A stretch of DNA of 63,995 bases, counting the filler, from a bacterium (lineage in GTDB: Bacteria; UBA9089; CG2-30-40-21; SBAY01): assembly GCA_040757115.1 (NCBI GenBank). It is 8 parts of 8 records of this genome, joined end to end, with 100 filler letters (N's around TTAATTAATTAA, not from the genome) between each part and the next. Parts side by side here need not be neighbours in the genome. Positions count along the whole stretch, not along the records: positions 28,138 to 33,587 come from JBFLYA010000251.1; positions 33,688 to 39,094 come from JBFLYA010000252.1; positions 39,195 to 44,596 come from JBFLYA010000253.1; 5 more parts are not named here. One strand, 5' to 3'. Each line of letters starts with the position of its first letter. Positions within the stretch are counted from its first letter, which is position 1. The notes beneath the pieces were generated by a model, which was given only the letters and a program-made list of their open reading frames with translations, did no database searches and was not told where the DNA came from. Positions 28,873 through 40,302 of the stretch are shown in pieces. A program made the translations under genes and the position numbers.

Positions 28873-31056
28873 TTACTTCTCAACCATTTTCTCAATCATA
28901 TCCAACAAACCTTTTTGGTCAAAGCCGGATTTAATGATGTATGCCTGGGCACCAACTTCAATCCCTCTTTTCCTATCTTCATCCTTTTCTTCAGAAGTAA
29001 CCATAATAACAGGAATATCTTTACATTTTTCGTCTTTTTTTATAGCGGCAGTTAATTCAAATCCATTCATTCCTGGCATAGTAATATCGGTAATGATTAA
29101 ATCATATCTTTTTTGTTTGATTTTCCCTAAGGCTTGTAATCCATCAATTGCCATTTCGACATTATAGCCCACTGATTCTAAGATATTTTTTTCAAGTTCG
29201 CGGGTCGTTAATGAATCATCTACAACTAAAATAGTGGGAGTAGAGATTTTTGGTTTAGCAGTTACTTTTACTTCAATATGTGTCTTTTTGGCAGATTTCA
29301 TTATATCAAATACATCTAAGATAAGGATTACTTCGCCATCTCCCCAGATAGTTGCACCGGCAATATTATCAGGTTTTTTTAAATAACCGCCCAGACTTTT
29401 GATAACTATTTCTTGTTCACTAATAACTTCATCTACTCCAAATCCAATAGATTCACCTGCAAAATGAATTATAATCATAAACATTTCGCGATTGGTAAGT
29501 ATTTCATTTTCTTTTTTTAATCCAAGTAGTTTATCGAGTTTGACAAAAGGGATAGTAACACCATCAACGATAACTACTTCTTTATCACCAATCAGTTTTA
29601 TATCATTTGTTGATAGATTAACTATTTTTTTTACTTCTGAAGTTGGGAAAATGAATAATTGCCCCTGGGATTTAACAATTAGTCCTAAAGTAATACTTAA
29701 GGTTAAGGGCATGCGTAAGGTAAATTTTGTGCCTTTACCTACCTCTGTCTGGATGTTAATCGAACCTTTAAGTCGTTCAATGTTTTCTTTAACAACATTC
29801 ATTCCCACGCCTCGTCCGGAGATATCTGTGATTTTTTCACTGGTAGAGAATCCTGGGGCGAAGATAAGGTAAATAGCGTTTTCATCAGTAATTTTCTCTG
29901 CTTGTTCATGGGTAATCAGATTTTTCTTTAAGGCAATTCGTTTTATGACACGAGGGTCTATGCCTCGACCGTCATCGGATATTTCAATAATTATACTTGC
30001 TCCTTCCTGTCGGGCAGAAAAGCATATTTTCCCGGTTCGTGGTTTACCAAGCAATGCCCTTTCTTCTGGCGTTTCGATTCCATGGTCAATACAATTGCGG
30101 ACTAAATGCATCAGTGGGTCTTTTATTTCCTCCAGTATTTTTTTATCAAGTCCTGTTTTTTCACCTCTAATTTCTAAATTTATCTCCTTATCATATTCTT
30201 CAGCCATATCCCGCACGACTCTTGGGAAAAGGTCAAAAATAGTCGATACTGGTAACATCCTTATTTTAATGACCATATCTTCCAATTCATTAGTTAAAAT
30301 ATTCAAGTCATCCAGTCCCTCTGCGTATTTTCTTAATAAATTAGTTGTTCCGTCTTTTAGTCTCTGGTGTGAAAGGGATAATTTTATTATCTCTTCTTTA
30401 AATCCATTGGTTCTTTCCTTTAGTTGGTCGAGGAATAATATTTGTTCTTTCATTAATTCAGATATATCCTTTATGTGCATCAACAGGGCATCTAATTTGC
30501 CACGGTTAATAATCATTTCTCCACTTAAATTCAGGAGTTTATCAAGTTTGCTTACTTCAACACGGATTGTTTCTTCAAAGCCTACTTTTTCATGTCGAAT
30601 TTCTTGGGCTACACCTTCGACTAACCGAATTTTTCTCTCAGTCTTTTTCCTTTCACGAATTAACTTTCCGGTGCAGGCTTGAATTAATTCATCACAAAGA
30701 GAATCGACATCAATATCTACTTCTTTTTTAGAGATTTCTGCCTCTAACAGAATTTTAATTGAATCAAGGCATTCAAACAGCAAATCATTTATTTGTGGGG
30801 TGAGATTGAATTGTTTTTCTTTGATTCTGCCGAGCAGGTCTTCCATCTGGTGGGCGATGCGGTTAATTTTGGTCAAACCGACCATTTTCGCCGAGCCTTT
30901 TAAGGTATGTGCTTCACGAAATACCTCATTGAGTAGCTCAGCATCATCTGGATTTTGTTCCAGGTTTAAAAGTTTATTATTGAGGTTATTAAGTCGTTCA
31001 TCAGTTTCTTCTTTAAATTTCGCTAAAAATATAGATTTATCAAATTTTCCAGCCAT
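28873..31056 (-). CDS. cheA: Hybrid CheA histidine kinase-receiver (Hpt-dimer-HATPase-CheW-REC)
   Basis: FREAHTLKG, HLVRNCIDHGIE, DDGRG, GFST..ITDISGRGVGM, C-terminal VVDDS...TDITMP receiver. Confidence 0.93.
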   Translation of the reverse strand: MAGKFDKSIFLAKFKEETDERLNNLNNKLLNLEQNPDDAELLNEVFREAHTLKGSAKMVGLTKINRIAHQMEDLLGRIKEKQFNLTPQINDLLFECLDSIKILLEAEISKKEVDIDVDSLCDELIQACTGKLIRERKKTERKIRLVEGVAQEIRHEKVGFEETIRVEVSKLDKLLNLSGEMIINRGKLDALLMHIKDISELMKEQILFLDQLKERTNGFKEEIIKLSLSHQRLKDGTTNLLRKYAEGLDDLNILTNELEDMVIKIRMLPVSTIFDLFPRVVRDMAEEYDKEINLEIRGEKTGLDKKILEEIKDPLMHLVRNCIDHGIETPEERALLGKPRTGKICFSARQEGASIIIEISDDGRGIDPRVIKRIALKKNLITHEQAEKITDENAIYLIFAPGFSTSEKITDISGRGVGMNVVKENIERLKGSINIQTEVGKGTKFTLRMPLTLSITLGLIVKSQGQLFIFPTSEVKKIVNLSTNDIKLIGDKEVVIVDGVTIPFVKLDKLLGLKKENEILTNREMFMIIIHFAGESIGFGVDEVISEQEIVIKSLGGYLKKPDNIAGATIWGDGEVILILDVFDIMKSAKKTHIEVKVTAKPKISTPTILVVDDSLTTRELEKNILESVGYNVEMAIDGLQALGKIKQKRYDLIITDITMPGMNGFELTAAIKKDEKCKDIPVIMVTSEEKDEDRKRGIEVGAQAYIIKSGFDQKGLLDMIEKMVEK

Positions 31057-31127
31057 TTCTGTAACTCCAAATGGAATAGTGGAGTAATGGATTTGATTTT
31101 ATCACTTTAACACTCCAATTCCTGTCT

Positions 31128-33377
31128 TTATCCTTCTAATTTAAATTTCTCAATTGCTACTTTTAGGTCTTCGGCTAAAGTATTTAATTCAGAAACAGAG
31201 GTAATAGATTGGTGGCTTGAGGCGGCTGATTGTTTAGATACTTCAGCGATTTCGTGCATTGTTGCTACGACTTGTTCTGAGGCAGTTCTTTGCTGTTGGG
31301 TGGCAACCGAGATTTGTTTTGAGGCTTTAGTTGTCTGGTCAACCATATCGAGTATCTCTTCTAAAGATTCCCCTGCTTTTTGAGCCAATTTTACGCCTTC
31401 ATCTACCTTTTTCACATCTTCTTCTATCGCCATAACCGATTGAGAGGCTAATGTCTGAATTTCAGAGGCTATTTCTTTAATTGTTTTAGTCGATTCAACA
31501 ACATTTTCGGCTAATTTTTTGACTTCAACGGCGACTACCGCAAATCCTCTGCCTGCTTCTCCAGCTCTTGAAGCCTCAATAGCGGCATTAAAGGCAATAA
31601 GTTTTGTTTCTGCGGCAATATTATTGATAAGTTCTAATATTTCGCCTATTTTTTGAGACCTCTCGCCCAGTGTCAGGATGCGTCTGGCACCGGCTTCAGT
31701 TGTTTCCTTTATTTTACCCATACTGAGAATTACATCCTGAACTCCATCCTGTCCTGTTTGAGCACTTTGTAATGTTTCCTCAGCTATTCTGGCGACTGCA
31801 TCGGCATTTTCTGCTATTTGTTTTGAGGTGCTGGATAGCTCTTCAACAGTAACCGTAACCTGGGAAACCGAAGCGGCCTGTTCACTTGCCCCACTTGATT
31901 GTTCCTGAGCCGTGGCTAAAATTTCACTGCCCGCAGAACTTATTTGAAGCGAAGCCTCTTTTAAATGGTAAATTAATTTCCTCAAATCTTCAAGCATTTT
32001 ATTAATGACAATTGTCATTTGTTCAAGTTCATTTGCACCTTCTATCTTTACGGCTTGAGTTAAATCTCCACTGGCAATTTTTTCTATTATCCCAGCCAAA
32101 TTTTTAATATTATCTTGTAGATTTTTCTTTTCCACCGACCGGGTTTGAGCATGGTCATGGAGTTGTTCCATTGAATTGCGTAAATTCTGCATCATCCGAT
32201 TAAAAATATTCGATAGTAATCCAATCTCATCACTCGTAACGACTGTAACAACATGAGATAAATCTCCATCAGCAATCCGCTGACTACTTTTAATTAAATT
32301 ATGAAGAGGTATAGTCGCATCAGTCGTGACAAAATAGGCGTAAATATATCCGACAACAAAAATAATCACCGTAAAAATCAATAAAAGATTCCACATCTTC
32401 GTAATTGGTGCATCAAAATCCTTCATATAACATACTGTTCCCAATGTCCAGTTTGATTTTTTAATCGGGGCATAAGTAATATATCTCCCTCTGGTTACAT
32501 CTTCTTGATAGCCAGGTTTATGAACCTCAGTTATTGTAGGTATCTCCTGTGGTATTTCAACGATATGCTTTCTTTTTTCATTTAGTAAAAATGAAAAACC
32601 ACTTTTACCCAATTTAATATCTTTGACCAGATTAGTCAAAATATCGGTATCTGCTTTATCGAAATTTAGCAGTAGACTAATCTTATCAACACCATCTTTT
32701 ACCATTTGGTCAGCCTGGTTTTTTATTCTATCTTCTATCACTCTGGCTGTAAAATTAATAAACATCACCGAGCCAAGGAATAAAGACAAAAGCATCAGTG
32801 ATTGAACGGCAACCTGGGTTTTAAAACCAATACCCAGTCCTACCTTTTGTTTTTTTTCTTCTATATGGGCGGCGGCAAATGCCAATCGAAGTATTGGCTC
32901 ACGATATCTAATGGTTAAATAAAATAAAATGATAGATACATTTACGGAATTGATGAATGTGCTCAAAAATATAGCTATCGATTCCCAGATAGATAGGTGA
33001 CCATAAACCGCTCTCATCCAGGCACCTGCTGAAAGCCCAATAATAAGCGTTGTGACAAATTCTAAAATAACTATCCTTCGTGGAATCTGGACAAGTGCTT
33101 CTCTTGCTTGTTCAGCTAATGTTTCACTTGCTTTACCTTCTTTTTCTTCCATCTCTTGTAAAAATTGAACAATTGGTCTAAACCATAAGCAAATTAGCCA
33201 GATGGCAAAACCTATCAATATTGGTGTCTCAATGGCAGTGATACTTAATAGTATCCTGAGCCTCTCCGGGGTGAACTTAATGGATAATAAGGTATAAACC
33301 GCATTGATAATTACCCCAATTACCATAAAGATTCCTACAGCATAGATTACCTTTTTTCTAATTGATGTTTTTAACAT
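31128..33377 (-). CDS. Methyl-accepting chemotaxis protein
   Basis: Multiple TMs, Cache-like region, [27 protein letters not shown] signalling hairpin. Confidence 0.95.
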   Translation of the reverse strand: MLKTSIRKKVIYAVGIFMVIGVIINAVYTLLSIKFTPERLRILLSITAIETPILIGFAIWLICLWFRPIVQFLQEMEEKEGKASETLAEQAREALVQIPRRIVILEFVTTLIIGLSAGAWMRAVYGHLSIWESIAIFLSTFINSVNVSIILFYLTIRYREPILRLAFAAAHIEEKKQKVGLGIGFKTQVAVQSLMLLSLFLGSVMFINFTARVIEDRIKNQADQMVKDGVDKISLLLNFDKADTDILTNLVKDIKLGKSGFSFLLNEKRKHIVEIPQEIPTITEVHKPGYQEDVTRGRYITYAPIKKSNWTLGTVCYMKDFDAPITKMWNLLLIFTVIIFVVGYIYAYFVTTDATIPLHNLIKSSQRIADGDLSHVVTVVTSDEIGLLSNIFNRMMQNLRNSMEQLHDHAQTRSVEKKNLQDNIKNLAGIIEKIASGDLTQAVKIEGANELEQMTIVINKMLEDLRKLIYHLKEASLQISSAGSEILATAQEQSSGASEQAASVSQVTVTVEELSSTSKQIAENADAVARIAEETLQSAQTGQDGVQDVILSMGKIKETTEAGARRILTLGERSQKIGEILELINNIAAETKLIAFNAAIEASRAGEAGRGFAVVAVEVKKLAENVVESTKTIKEIASEIQTLASQSVMAIEEDVKKVDEGVKLAQKAGESLEEILDMVDQTTKASKQISVATQQQRTASEQVVATMHEIAEVSKQSAASSHQSITSVSELNTLAEDLKVAIEKFKLEG

Positions 33378-33460
33378 TTTTTTACCTCCTTAGTTTGGTA
33401 ATTGGTAACTGGTGAATGGTAATTAGTTACCAGTTACCATTTAACCGATTACTTACTTTA

Positions 33461-33587
33461 GTAAGCGTTCAGGTGGTGTAACAAAAGGAGATGTGGAGAT
33501 TAAGGAGATAGGGAGATATTATTAAAAAAATTGAAATTAGTAGAAACTAATAGAAATTTATGGAAATTTGTTGTTTTCCACAATCAA
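33461..33587. mobile_element. High-copy ~236-bp IS66-type-end MITE (partial, at contig end)
   Basis: GTAAGCGTTCAGGTGGTGTAACAAAAGGAGATGTGGAG...; the same element is at 38968-39094, 44416-44596, 44697-44815, 55530-55581 and 60594-60829. Confidence 0.85.
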
Positions 33588-33846
33588 NNNNNNNNNNNNN
33601 NNNNNNNNNNNNNNNNNNNNNNNNNNNNNNNTTAATTAATTAANNNNNNNNNNNNNNNNNNNNNNNNNNNNNNNNNNNNNNNNNNNNATTTAAAAAATTC
33701 ACTTGTATCCGAACATACTATTTTTGTGCCTTTTTAGGGATATAAGTCAAGAAAAATATTTTTAAAAAAACTTAATTTTTTACTTGACATTTCACCATAA
33801 GACTTTGTGCCCTACAGGGGCATGAGCGTTTCTCCTGTAACAGTGG

Positions 33847-34788
33847 TTACGATTTCTTCATCATCACTTCTTTAACTGCCTGAACGATATGAGTTGATTT
33901 CATTTCAAATCTTTCTAATAATTCATCTGGTTTGCCAGAGAGACCAAACCTATCTTTTACGCCAATTCTTTTCATTGCCACAGGGTTGTTTTCAACTAAA
34001 ACTTCAGCCACCGCACTTCCTAAACCACCGATAATTGAATGTTCTTCACAAGTAACAATTGCCCCTGTTTCAATAGCCGCCTGAATGATTATATCTTTAT
34101 CAATTGGTTTGATAGTGCTCATATTAATTACTCTTGCCTTAATTCCTTCTTTTTGTAGTTCTGCGGCGGCTTGAAGTGCCTCAAAAACCATAAGTCCAAT
34201 CGCAATAATAGTTACATCATTGCCCTGTTTAAGAATAGTTCCTTTACCAATCTTAAATTCATAATCATCTGAAAACACTATCGGGAATTTTGCCCGACCT
34301 AATCTGATATAAAATGGAGTAGAATCCTTTGCGGCGGTAATGACAGCTTTTTCAGTTTCTATTCCGTCAGCCGGGACAATTACCGTCAAATTAGGCAAAC
34401 TTCTCATTAAAGCAAGGTCTTCAATGGCTTGATGCGAGGCACCATCTTCACCTACGGATATACCAGCATGCGTAACAACAATCTTAACATTAGCCTTTGG
34501 CCAGGCAATAGAGGTTCTAATCTGGTCAAAAACCCGTGCCGAGCCAAATACTGCAAAGGTCGAGGCAAAAACAGTTTTACCGCAACTCGCTAACCCTGCC
34601 GCAAAACCCATCATATTTGCCTCTCCAATACCAAAGTTAAAAAATCTATCTGGAAATTTTTCCTTAAACAAAGAAGTTCGCGTTGAAGATGAGCAATCTG
34701 CATCTAAAACCACTATATCTTTATTTTCTATGCCTAATTTTACCAATGTTTCTCCATAAGCATCTCTGGTTGCCATTAATTCTGCCAT
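33847..34788 (-). CDS. Transketolase, C-terminal subunit
   Basis: ATRDAYG, GIGEANM, GEDGASHQ, EEHSIIGGLG. Confidence 0.95.
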   Translation of the reverse strand: MAELMATRDAYGETLVKLGIENKDIVVLDADCSSSTRTSLFKEKFPDRFFNFGIGEANMMGFAAGLASCGKTVFASTFAVFGSARVFDQIRTSIAWPKANVKIVVTHAGISVGEDGASHQAIEDLALMRSLPNLTVIVPADGIETEKAVITAAKDSTPFYIRLGRAKFPIVFSDDYEFKIGKGTILKQGNDVTIIAIGLMVFEALQAAAELQKEGIKARVINMSTIKPIDKDIIIQAAIETGAIVTCEEHSIIGGLGSAVAEVLVENNPVAMKRIGVKDRFGLSGKPDELLERFEMKSTHIVQAVKEVMMKKS

Positions 34789-34872
34789 AATTTTCCCCTT
34801 TCTTTATATCGACATTTTTATTATAATACTTTATTTTCTATCATAAGTCTTCTGACCTCTAACTTCTGTCCT

Positions 34873-35691
34873 CTATTCTAACTCCAACAGTGCTTTTTGT
34901 TCTTCTTCTTTGGTTGGTGCTACGCCGTGGTAACCTACCTTTCCTTCCATAAAAGAGACGCCTTTACCTTTAATCGTGTGAGCGATGACCATAGTTGGTT
35001 TGCCGTAAGTAATATTTGCTTCATTGGTGGCATAGATTATCTGATGCATATCGTGACCATCAATCTCAATTGTATTCCAGCCAAATGCTTTGAATTTATC
35101 AACTATCGGTTCAATAACCATCACCTCATTTACCGGCCCATCAATTTGCAATTTATTATAATCTAAGAAAGCACATAAATTATCTAATTTATAATGTGCA
35201 CAAGCCATTGCCGCCTCCCATATTTGTCCTTCTTGACTTTCACCATCTCCTAAAACCACATATACCCTAAATTTTTTCTTATCAAGTTTAGCGGCTAAAG
35301 CCATACCACCGGCAACAGATAATCCCTGTCCAAGAGAGCCAGCCGACATTTCTACTCCTGGAGTAGCCGTCATATCTGTATGCCCCTGAAGAAAACTATC
35401 CAATTTCCGCAGTCGCATTAATTCAGATGTTGGGAAATAACCAGATAATGCTAATGCAGAATATAATGCCGGACAGGAATGTCCTTTAGAAAGAACAAAT
35501 CTATCACGGTCTTCCCACTTAGGGTTATCAGGTTTATGGTTCATAATTTTGAAATAAAGTGCGGTGATTATATCGGTGCATGATAAAGCCCCACCTGGAT
35601 GTCCAGAACCCGCCTCGGCTAACATCTTAATTATCCACCGCCTTATCTCTTTTGCTTTTACCTCTAATTCTTGAATTTCCTGATTAGACAT
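34873..35691 (-). CDS. Transketolase, N-terminal subunit
   Basis: GSGHPGG, DRFVLSKGH, GSLGQG, GDGESQEG, TIKGKG. Confidence 0.95.
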   Translation of the reverse strand: MSNQEIQELEVKAKEIRRWIIKMLAEAGSGHPGGALSCTDIITALYFKIMNHKPDNPKWEDRDRFVLSKGHSCPALYSALALSGYFPTSELMRLRKLDSFLQGHTDMTATPGVEMSAGSLGQGLSVAGGMALAAKLDKKKFRVYVVLGDGESQEGQIWEAAMACAHYKLDNLCAFLDYNKLQIDGPVNEVMVIEPIVDKFKAFGWNTIEIDGHDMHQIIYATNEANITYGKPTMVIAHTIKGKGVSFMEGKVGYHGVAPTKEEEQKALLELE

Positions 35692-35719
35692 ATTTTTACC
35701 CCTTTCTTAAAAAAATTTT

Positions 35720-35884
35720 CCACCTGTGCGATTAGACTAATTTATATCGCAGAGACGCAAAGGAAAAACAAATGTAAAATAGGAAATGAAAAATGGGAAA
35801 TTTTACTACTTTGCAAGACTCATTATCTTTCAGTTATACATTTTCATTTTACATTTTTCATTTTACATTTAACCGCACAGGTCG
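35720..35884. mobile_element. MITE with C(G/C)ACCTGTGCG ends and 8-bp target duplication
   Basis: CCACCTGTGCGATTA...TAACCGCACAGGTCG flanked by AAAATTTT (35712-35719 and 35885-35892); inverted homolog at 57344-57521. Confidence 0.85.
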
Positions 35885-35906
35885 AAAATTTTTGTATATC
35901 CTTTAG

Positions 35907-36911
35907 TTAATAAATCTCTGTTTTTCGATTACTAAAGTGGAGATGTACAGAGTATCCAATCTTTAGAAATAATCTCCTTCCGACTAAAGCAGAACGATTC
36001 GGATTTATCTTCACAAATGGACTTTTTCCCCAATTTCGAATACAATACACAGAAAAATCCTTCACTTTCTTAATTTTGCCTCGTTCTGAAACTATTCCAA
36101 CACACAAATGCTTTGTATAAAAGCGGTAATTTTCACCCAAGTGTTCATCTGTATCAGGTACCTCTTCAGGGAAAGGACTGGCTATTAATCCTTCTGAGAT
36201 CAATCTGGCCATATCTACAAACAAATCACTGGTTCCAGTGTCGAAGTCTGCAATAATATTTAGAGTTGAATTTGATGAAATTGCTTGAATCTCTACTGTG
36301 GGATAATAATCATCTATATATTTTGTTTTTGTCCATTTAGATGATGATTCTTCAATAGTCAAAAGTGTTTTATTTATAAAGATAAAGGGGAATTTTCCTC
36401 TTTTTTGACACATATCTAATATATCACCACGCTGTGGATACTCATCGATGTCAGAAGAGAATGTCTCTATTTCTCCATTTATTACTGTTACCCAGGCGGC
36501 ATTCAACTCTTCAAATTTATTGGTAAGCCACTCTCCATTTTTTTCCCATAGGGTGGTTTGAAGATGAATTTTCTCATCTTCATCAAGCGAAGAATACTTT
36601 TCTAATGTCAAATTCTCACCTACAAATCCACTCTTAAACCGTATAGGGTTAAAGATAGGTTGAAGTGAGATAGTATCCTTACTTAATTTCTTTTCTGGCA
36701 AAAAGATAGATTTTTCTGAATTTGTAGATATTTGGTAAAAAAACGCTGGAATACACTCTTTTATTCTTATATTTTCTTCTTCTATTTTAAACTCAGATAA
36801 ATCGTCAGAAAACTCTATGATAGGTTTCTTATTAATTAGTTCATCTAACTCATTTGTTCCCGATAGAGCAGAGTATAATGTTTGCTGAGTTAACCTAAAT
36901 CTCTTCTTCAT
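35907..36911 (-). CDS. Hypothetical protein with a DUF5678-like segment and C-terminal retropepsin-like aspartyl protease motifs
   Basis: AWVTVINGEI; IIADFDTGTSDLFV (D-T-G) and SALVGRRLF (hydrophobic-G-R) motifs. Confidence 0.6.
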   Translation of the reverse strand: MKKRFRLTQQTLYSALSGTNELDELINKKPIIEFSDDLSEFKIEEENIRIKECIPAFFYQISTNSEKSIFLPEKKLSKDTISLQPIFNPIRFKSGFVGENLTLEKYSSLDEDEKIHLQTTLWEKNGEWLTNKFEELNAAWVTVINGEIETFSSDIDEYPQRGDILDMCQKRGKFPFIFINKTLLTIEESSSKWTKTKYIDDYYPTVEIQAISSNSTLNIIADFDTGTSDLFVDMARLISEGLIASPFPEEVPDTDEHLGENYRFYTKHLCVGIVSERGKIKKVKDFSVYCIRNWGKSPFVKINPNRSALVGRRLFLKIGYSVHLHFSNRKTEIY

Positions 36912-37990
36912 TTTTCCCTCCCTCTAATAGCCTCCAAAAATTCAGTTAATTCATTTAGACTCTGGTCAAAGAATCCTGGAAATCCCCCTTTTACCCTCCC
37001 TAATTTATCAACCTCAATATTCCTTACTTCTGCTCTTCCTTCTTTGTTTTCAAAATAGTAGACTGCTAACTCATTATTTGATATATCTTTTTTAGCAATT
37101 GAATGTATAAATGCATGTAAGATATGTTCACTATGTGTCTCAATAAATAGTTGTATGTTTTTCTTTTTTAAAAACTTAATAAGTAATCTTCCCAGGTCTA
37201 CCTGTGCCTTTGGATGAATATGAGCCTCTGGTTCTTGAATAAAGACAGTGGAATTATCAGGTATTAGTATAAGTGGTAATAGAATAAATATCATTTGTTG
37301 AAATCCTGAGCCTTCGTTTACCATCAGGGTATTTGCTGGTTGTTTTAATAAAATTGTTACTCGATTACTTCCTATCCATTGAATGTCTATGTCGATGCCA
37401 TAACCCATAATCTGGCTAAGTTCTTGTGCCACTTCTTTTCGTAAGTTTGCATTATATGCAAATGCAGCTATTAAGGCTACAATCCTATCATTTAATGTTA
37501 CATTCTCAAGTGTTGAATACTTCTCAGGAGGCTGGTCAGGTAATAGATACCCTGCTTCTTCAAAACCCCTTAATGGATATATAAAGTAACAGGATGCTAA
37601 TAATTTCTTAGCGATTCCTTGAAATAGAAAATCTCTTCCTCCAGATGGTTTAACTTCATTATTTTCTATTGTCACTTCAAGAGATAATCCAGAGCCATTG
37701 ATATTACCCCTTAACTTTATACCGATAGTTGCACTTTCTTTTCTAATTACATCTTCAAATCTACCCACATCTATTTTATAGGGAGATAAATACGCTGAGG
37801 TTTCTTCTAATTTCTTAACCTCAGGGATAAAAATATTCTTCTCAGGAGAGGTTTGACAAAGCAACTGAATCGCCTGTATCAAGCTTGATTTGCCACTATT
37901 ATTTGGTCCTATAAATATAGTTATAGGTTTAGCATCAATAGAAGTTTTTGCATGTAATTTAAATCCTTCAACATTTATCTTTGTTATCAT
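36908..37990 (-). CDS. AAA_15/AAA_21-type (ABC-like) ATPase with DUF3696-like C-terminus
   Basis: IFIGPNNSGKSS Walker A, NEGSGFQQ signature, QEPEAHIHP, IETHSEH, C-terminal PGFFDQ. Confidence 0.85.
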   Translation of the reverse strand: MITKINVEGFKLHAKTSIDAKPITIFIGPNNSGKSSLIQAIQLLCQTSPEKNIFIPEVKKLEETSAYLSPYKIDVGRFEDVIRKESATIGIKLRGNINGSGLSLEVTIENNEVKPSGGRDFLFQGIAKKLLASCYFIYPLRGFEEAGYLLPDQPPEKYSTLENVTLNDRIVALIAAFAYNANLRKEVAQELSQIMGYGIDIDIQWIGSNRVTILLKQPANTLMVNEGSGFQQMIFILLPLILIPDNSTVFIQEPEAHIHPKAQVDLGRLLIKFLKKKNIQLFIETHSEHILHAFIHSIAKKDISNNELAVYYFENKEGRAEVRNIEVDKLGRVKGGFPGFFDQSLNELTEFLEAIRGREK

Positions 37991-38948
37991 AATTTCCCCT
38001 CTGGTGACATGCCACGAAATGGTGCGGGCTAATCTTCTTTAATTCAGGTTCATATTCCTTACATTTATCGCTGAGTTCTTCACATCGAGTCTGAAATCTA
38101 CACCCTGCTGGTGGATTAATTGGACTCGGCACCTCGCCTGCTAAAATATCCATCTTCTTTCGTATTTGAGGGTTGGGAACAGGGATACTCGCCAGCAGTT
38201 TTTGAGTATAAGGATGAAGGGCTCGGCTATAAATTTCCGCTGTAGTCGCTAATTCTACTATTTTCCCCAGATACATCACCGCCACCCTATCGCTTATCTG
38301 CCTGACTATCCTCAAGTCATGTGAAATAAAGATATAACTTAGTTTCAGTTCTTCTTGTAAATCACAAAGTAAATTAACAATCTGTGCCTGAATAGAAACA
38401 TCTAATGATGAAACTGGCTCGTCTAAAACAATAAGTTTTGGCGATGTGGCTAATGCCCGTGCAATTCCAATCCTCTGAAGTTGCCCACCACTGAATTCAT
38501 GTGGATAGCGGTTGTTCCAATCCGGGGATAATCCAACTAATTGAAGTAATTGAGCAATTTTTTCTTTTTTCTGTCTTCCTTTAGCTAATCTATGAATAAT
38601 CAATGGCTCACCAATTATATCTCCAATCTGCATTCGTGGATTCAAACAACCATAAGGATTTTGAAAGACCAATTGCATTTGTTGGCGTAGATGACGCATT
38701 GAATCTTTATTCAAATTAAAAATATCTTCATCTTCAAAATACACCTTGCCTGAGGTACAGGTAAGAAGTCTTAAAATCAATTTTGAAGTCGTAGTTTTTC
38801 CACACCCACTTTCACCAACCAGCCCTAATGTTTTTCCCTTTTCTAAATCAAATGAAATATTATCTACGGCACGGACGGTGTCTGCTTTTCCCAAAAGACC
38901 TTTTCTTATCTGAAAATATTTCTTTAATTCTTTAACTTGAAGAAGCAT
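37968..38948 (-). CDS. Oligopeptide/dipeptide ABC transporter ATP-binding protein (OppF/AppF-like)
   Basis: GESGCGKT, FSGGQ.QRI, DEPVSSLD, HPYT, GEVPSP..PP.GCRF. Confidence 0.95.
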   Translation of the reverse strand: MLLQVKELKKYFQIRKGLLGKADTVRAVDNISFDLEKGKTLGLVGESGCGKTTTSKLILRLLTCTSGKVYFEDEDIFNLNKDSMRHLRQQMQLVFQNPYGCLNPRMQIGDIIGEPLIIHRLAKGRQKKEKIAQLLQLVGLSPDWNNRYPHEFSGGQLQRIGIARALATSPKLIVLDEPVSSLDVSIQAQIVNLLCDLQEELKLSYIFISHDLRIVRQISDRVAVMYLGKIVELATTAEIYSRALHPYTQKLLASIPVPNPQIRKKMDILAGEVPSPINPPAGCRFQTRCEELSDKCKEYEPELKKISPHHFVACHQRGNYDNKDKC

Positions 38949-39404
38949 TTAGTTAATTGCTATAATTGTAAGTGTTCAGGTGGTGTAACAAAAGGAGATG
39001 TGGAGATTAAGGAGATAGGGAGATATTATTAAAAAAATTGAAATTAGTAGAAACTAATAGAAATTTATGGAAATTTGTTGTTTTCCACAATCAANNNNNN
39101 NNNNNNNNNNNNNNNNNNNNNNNNNNNNNNNNNNNNNNTTAATTAATTAANNNNNNNNNNNNNNNNNNNNNNNNNNNNNNNNNNNNNNNNNNNNATACTT
39201 GAAGCAAAGATATTACCAAATTCCTCCAACTCTTTGAGAAACCCTGCTATTTCCTTTTTGAAATTTGATTTGTAATTTTGCATTTTGATATTTATATTTG
39301 ATATTTAATATTTGATATTTATTTGTTGTCTCCCTCAAATCCTATTTTGCAGAACCCTATACACTATTTTAACCTTTATGCTAGATTAAGACACCACCAA
39401 AATT

Positions 39405-39591
39405 TGTTGCAATTTAAAACATCCACCCCCCTTATTTGTATCACCTTAACCCCCCTTACGGATTCAGGGTTGGCAAAGGCAAGGTTAAAAATCTGTTGCA
39501 TTGTGCAACAATTCAGCCTTTTACAGGATTTTGATTACTCATAGCCCTACAATGACTTACGAAATACCTCCTATTTGGCATAAATCTTGCT
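39405..39591 (+). promoter_or_regulatory. Sigma54 promoter with upstream enhancer-like palindromes
   Basis: TGGCATAAATCTTGCT (39576-39591) matches the -24/-12 consensus; TGTTGCA-TTG-TGCAACA (39494-39510) and TGTTGCAATTTAAAACA (39405-39421) lie upstream. Confidence 0.75.
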
Positions 39592-39614
39592 TATAATCTT
39601 AATAGAGGATTAAG

Positions 39615-40109
39615 ATGAAAAGGTTTTTCAGGAAATTTGAAACGATGATGTCAGCGATTACCTTTGCGCAAGAGGGCGAATTTGAAATCGCTAAGGAGAT
39701 GCTAAAAGAAGACAGACGGGTTTTGTTGGCTATCAGAGAAGGAAAGACAGACCAAAAGGTGCTAACATACGCTTTGAATACCTGTCAGAGGATTGGGGCA
39801 AGCCTTGATATACTGTATGTATCAAGCAGGGATACTGTCGCTTCAAGCATTAATGACCTCTATAGCCATCTCAAAGAAGCAGGGATAAACTACAACCTGG
39901 TGAAAAAAAGCGGGGATTTCAAGCAGGAGGTAATAGACTGGACGAATCTTAATCAGGATGTTGTTTTTGTAGTCATAGGAGATAATCTCGATTTTGAGAG
40001 TAAGGATAAATGGCTTCCAGAGTCCTGGAACAAGATTAGATGTCCAATGATAGTAGCGAATGAAATTATAGCACTTATTAATCGAAATTTGACCCAGATA
40101 TGGCTATGA
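39615..40109 (+). CDS. Hypothetical UspA-like protein
   Basis: MSAITFAQEGE, YALNTCQRIGASLDILYV, I.CP..V. Confidence 0.7.
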   Translation: MKRFFRKFETMMSAITFAQEGEFEIAKEMLKEDRRVLLAIREGKTDQKVLTYALNTCQRIGASLDILYVSSRDTVASSINDLYSHLKEAGINYNLVKKSGDFKQEVIDWTNLNQDVVFVVIGDNLDFESKDKWLPESWNKIRCPMIVANEIIALINRNLTQIWL

Positions 40110-40302
40110 AATTCCAAATCACAAATTCCAAATTCCAAACAAATTCGAATGACCAAAATTCAAAACATTACCCCCATAGTTTGGTATTTAGTACTTGAAA
40201 TTTGGTGCTTATTTGGGATTTGGTGCTTGGGATTTGGGATTTTTTACTTATCCACCCTGAGTAAAATTTTGACTAATAACTGCTATAAGGAGGGAAATAA
40301 CT

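Noticed and set aside
29945-30682. Long antisense ORFs (e.g. 29945-30682, 16716-17096, 53393-53839, 54939-55481)
   Set aside because: Shadows of well-supported genes on the opposite strand, with no motifs or RBS
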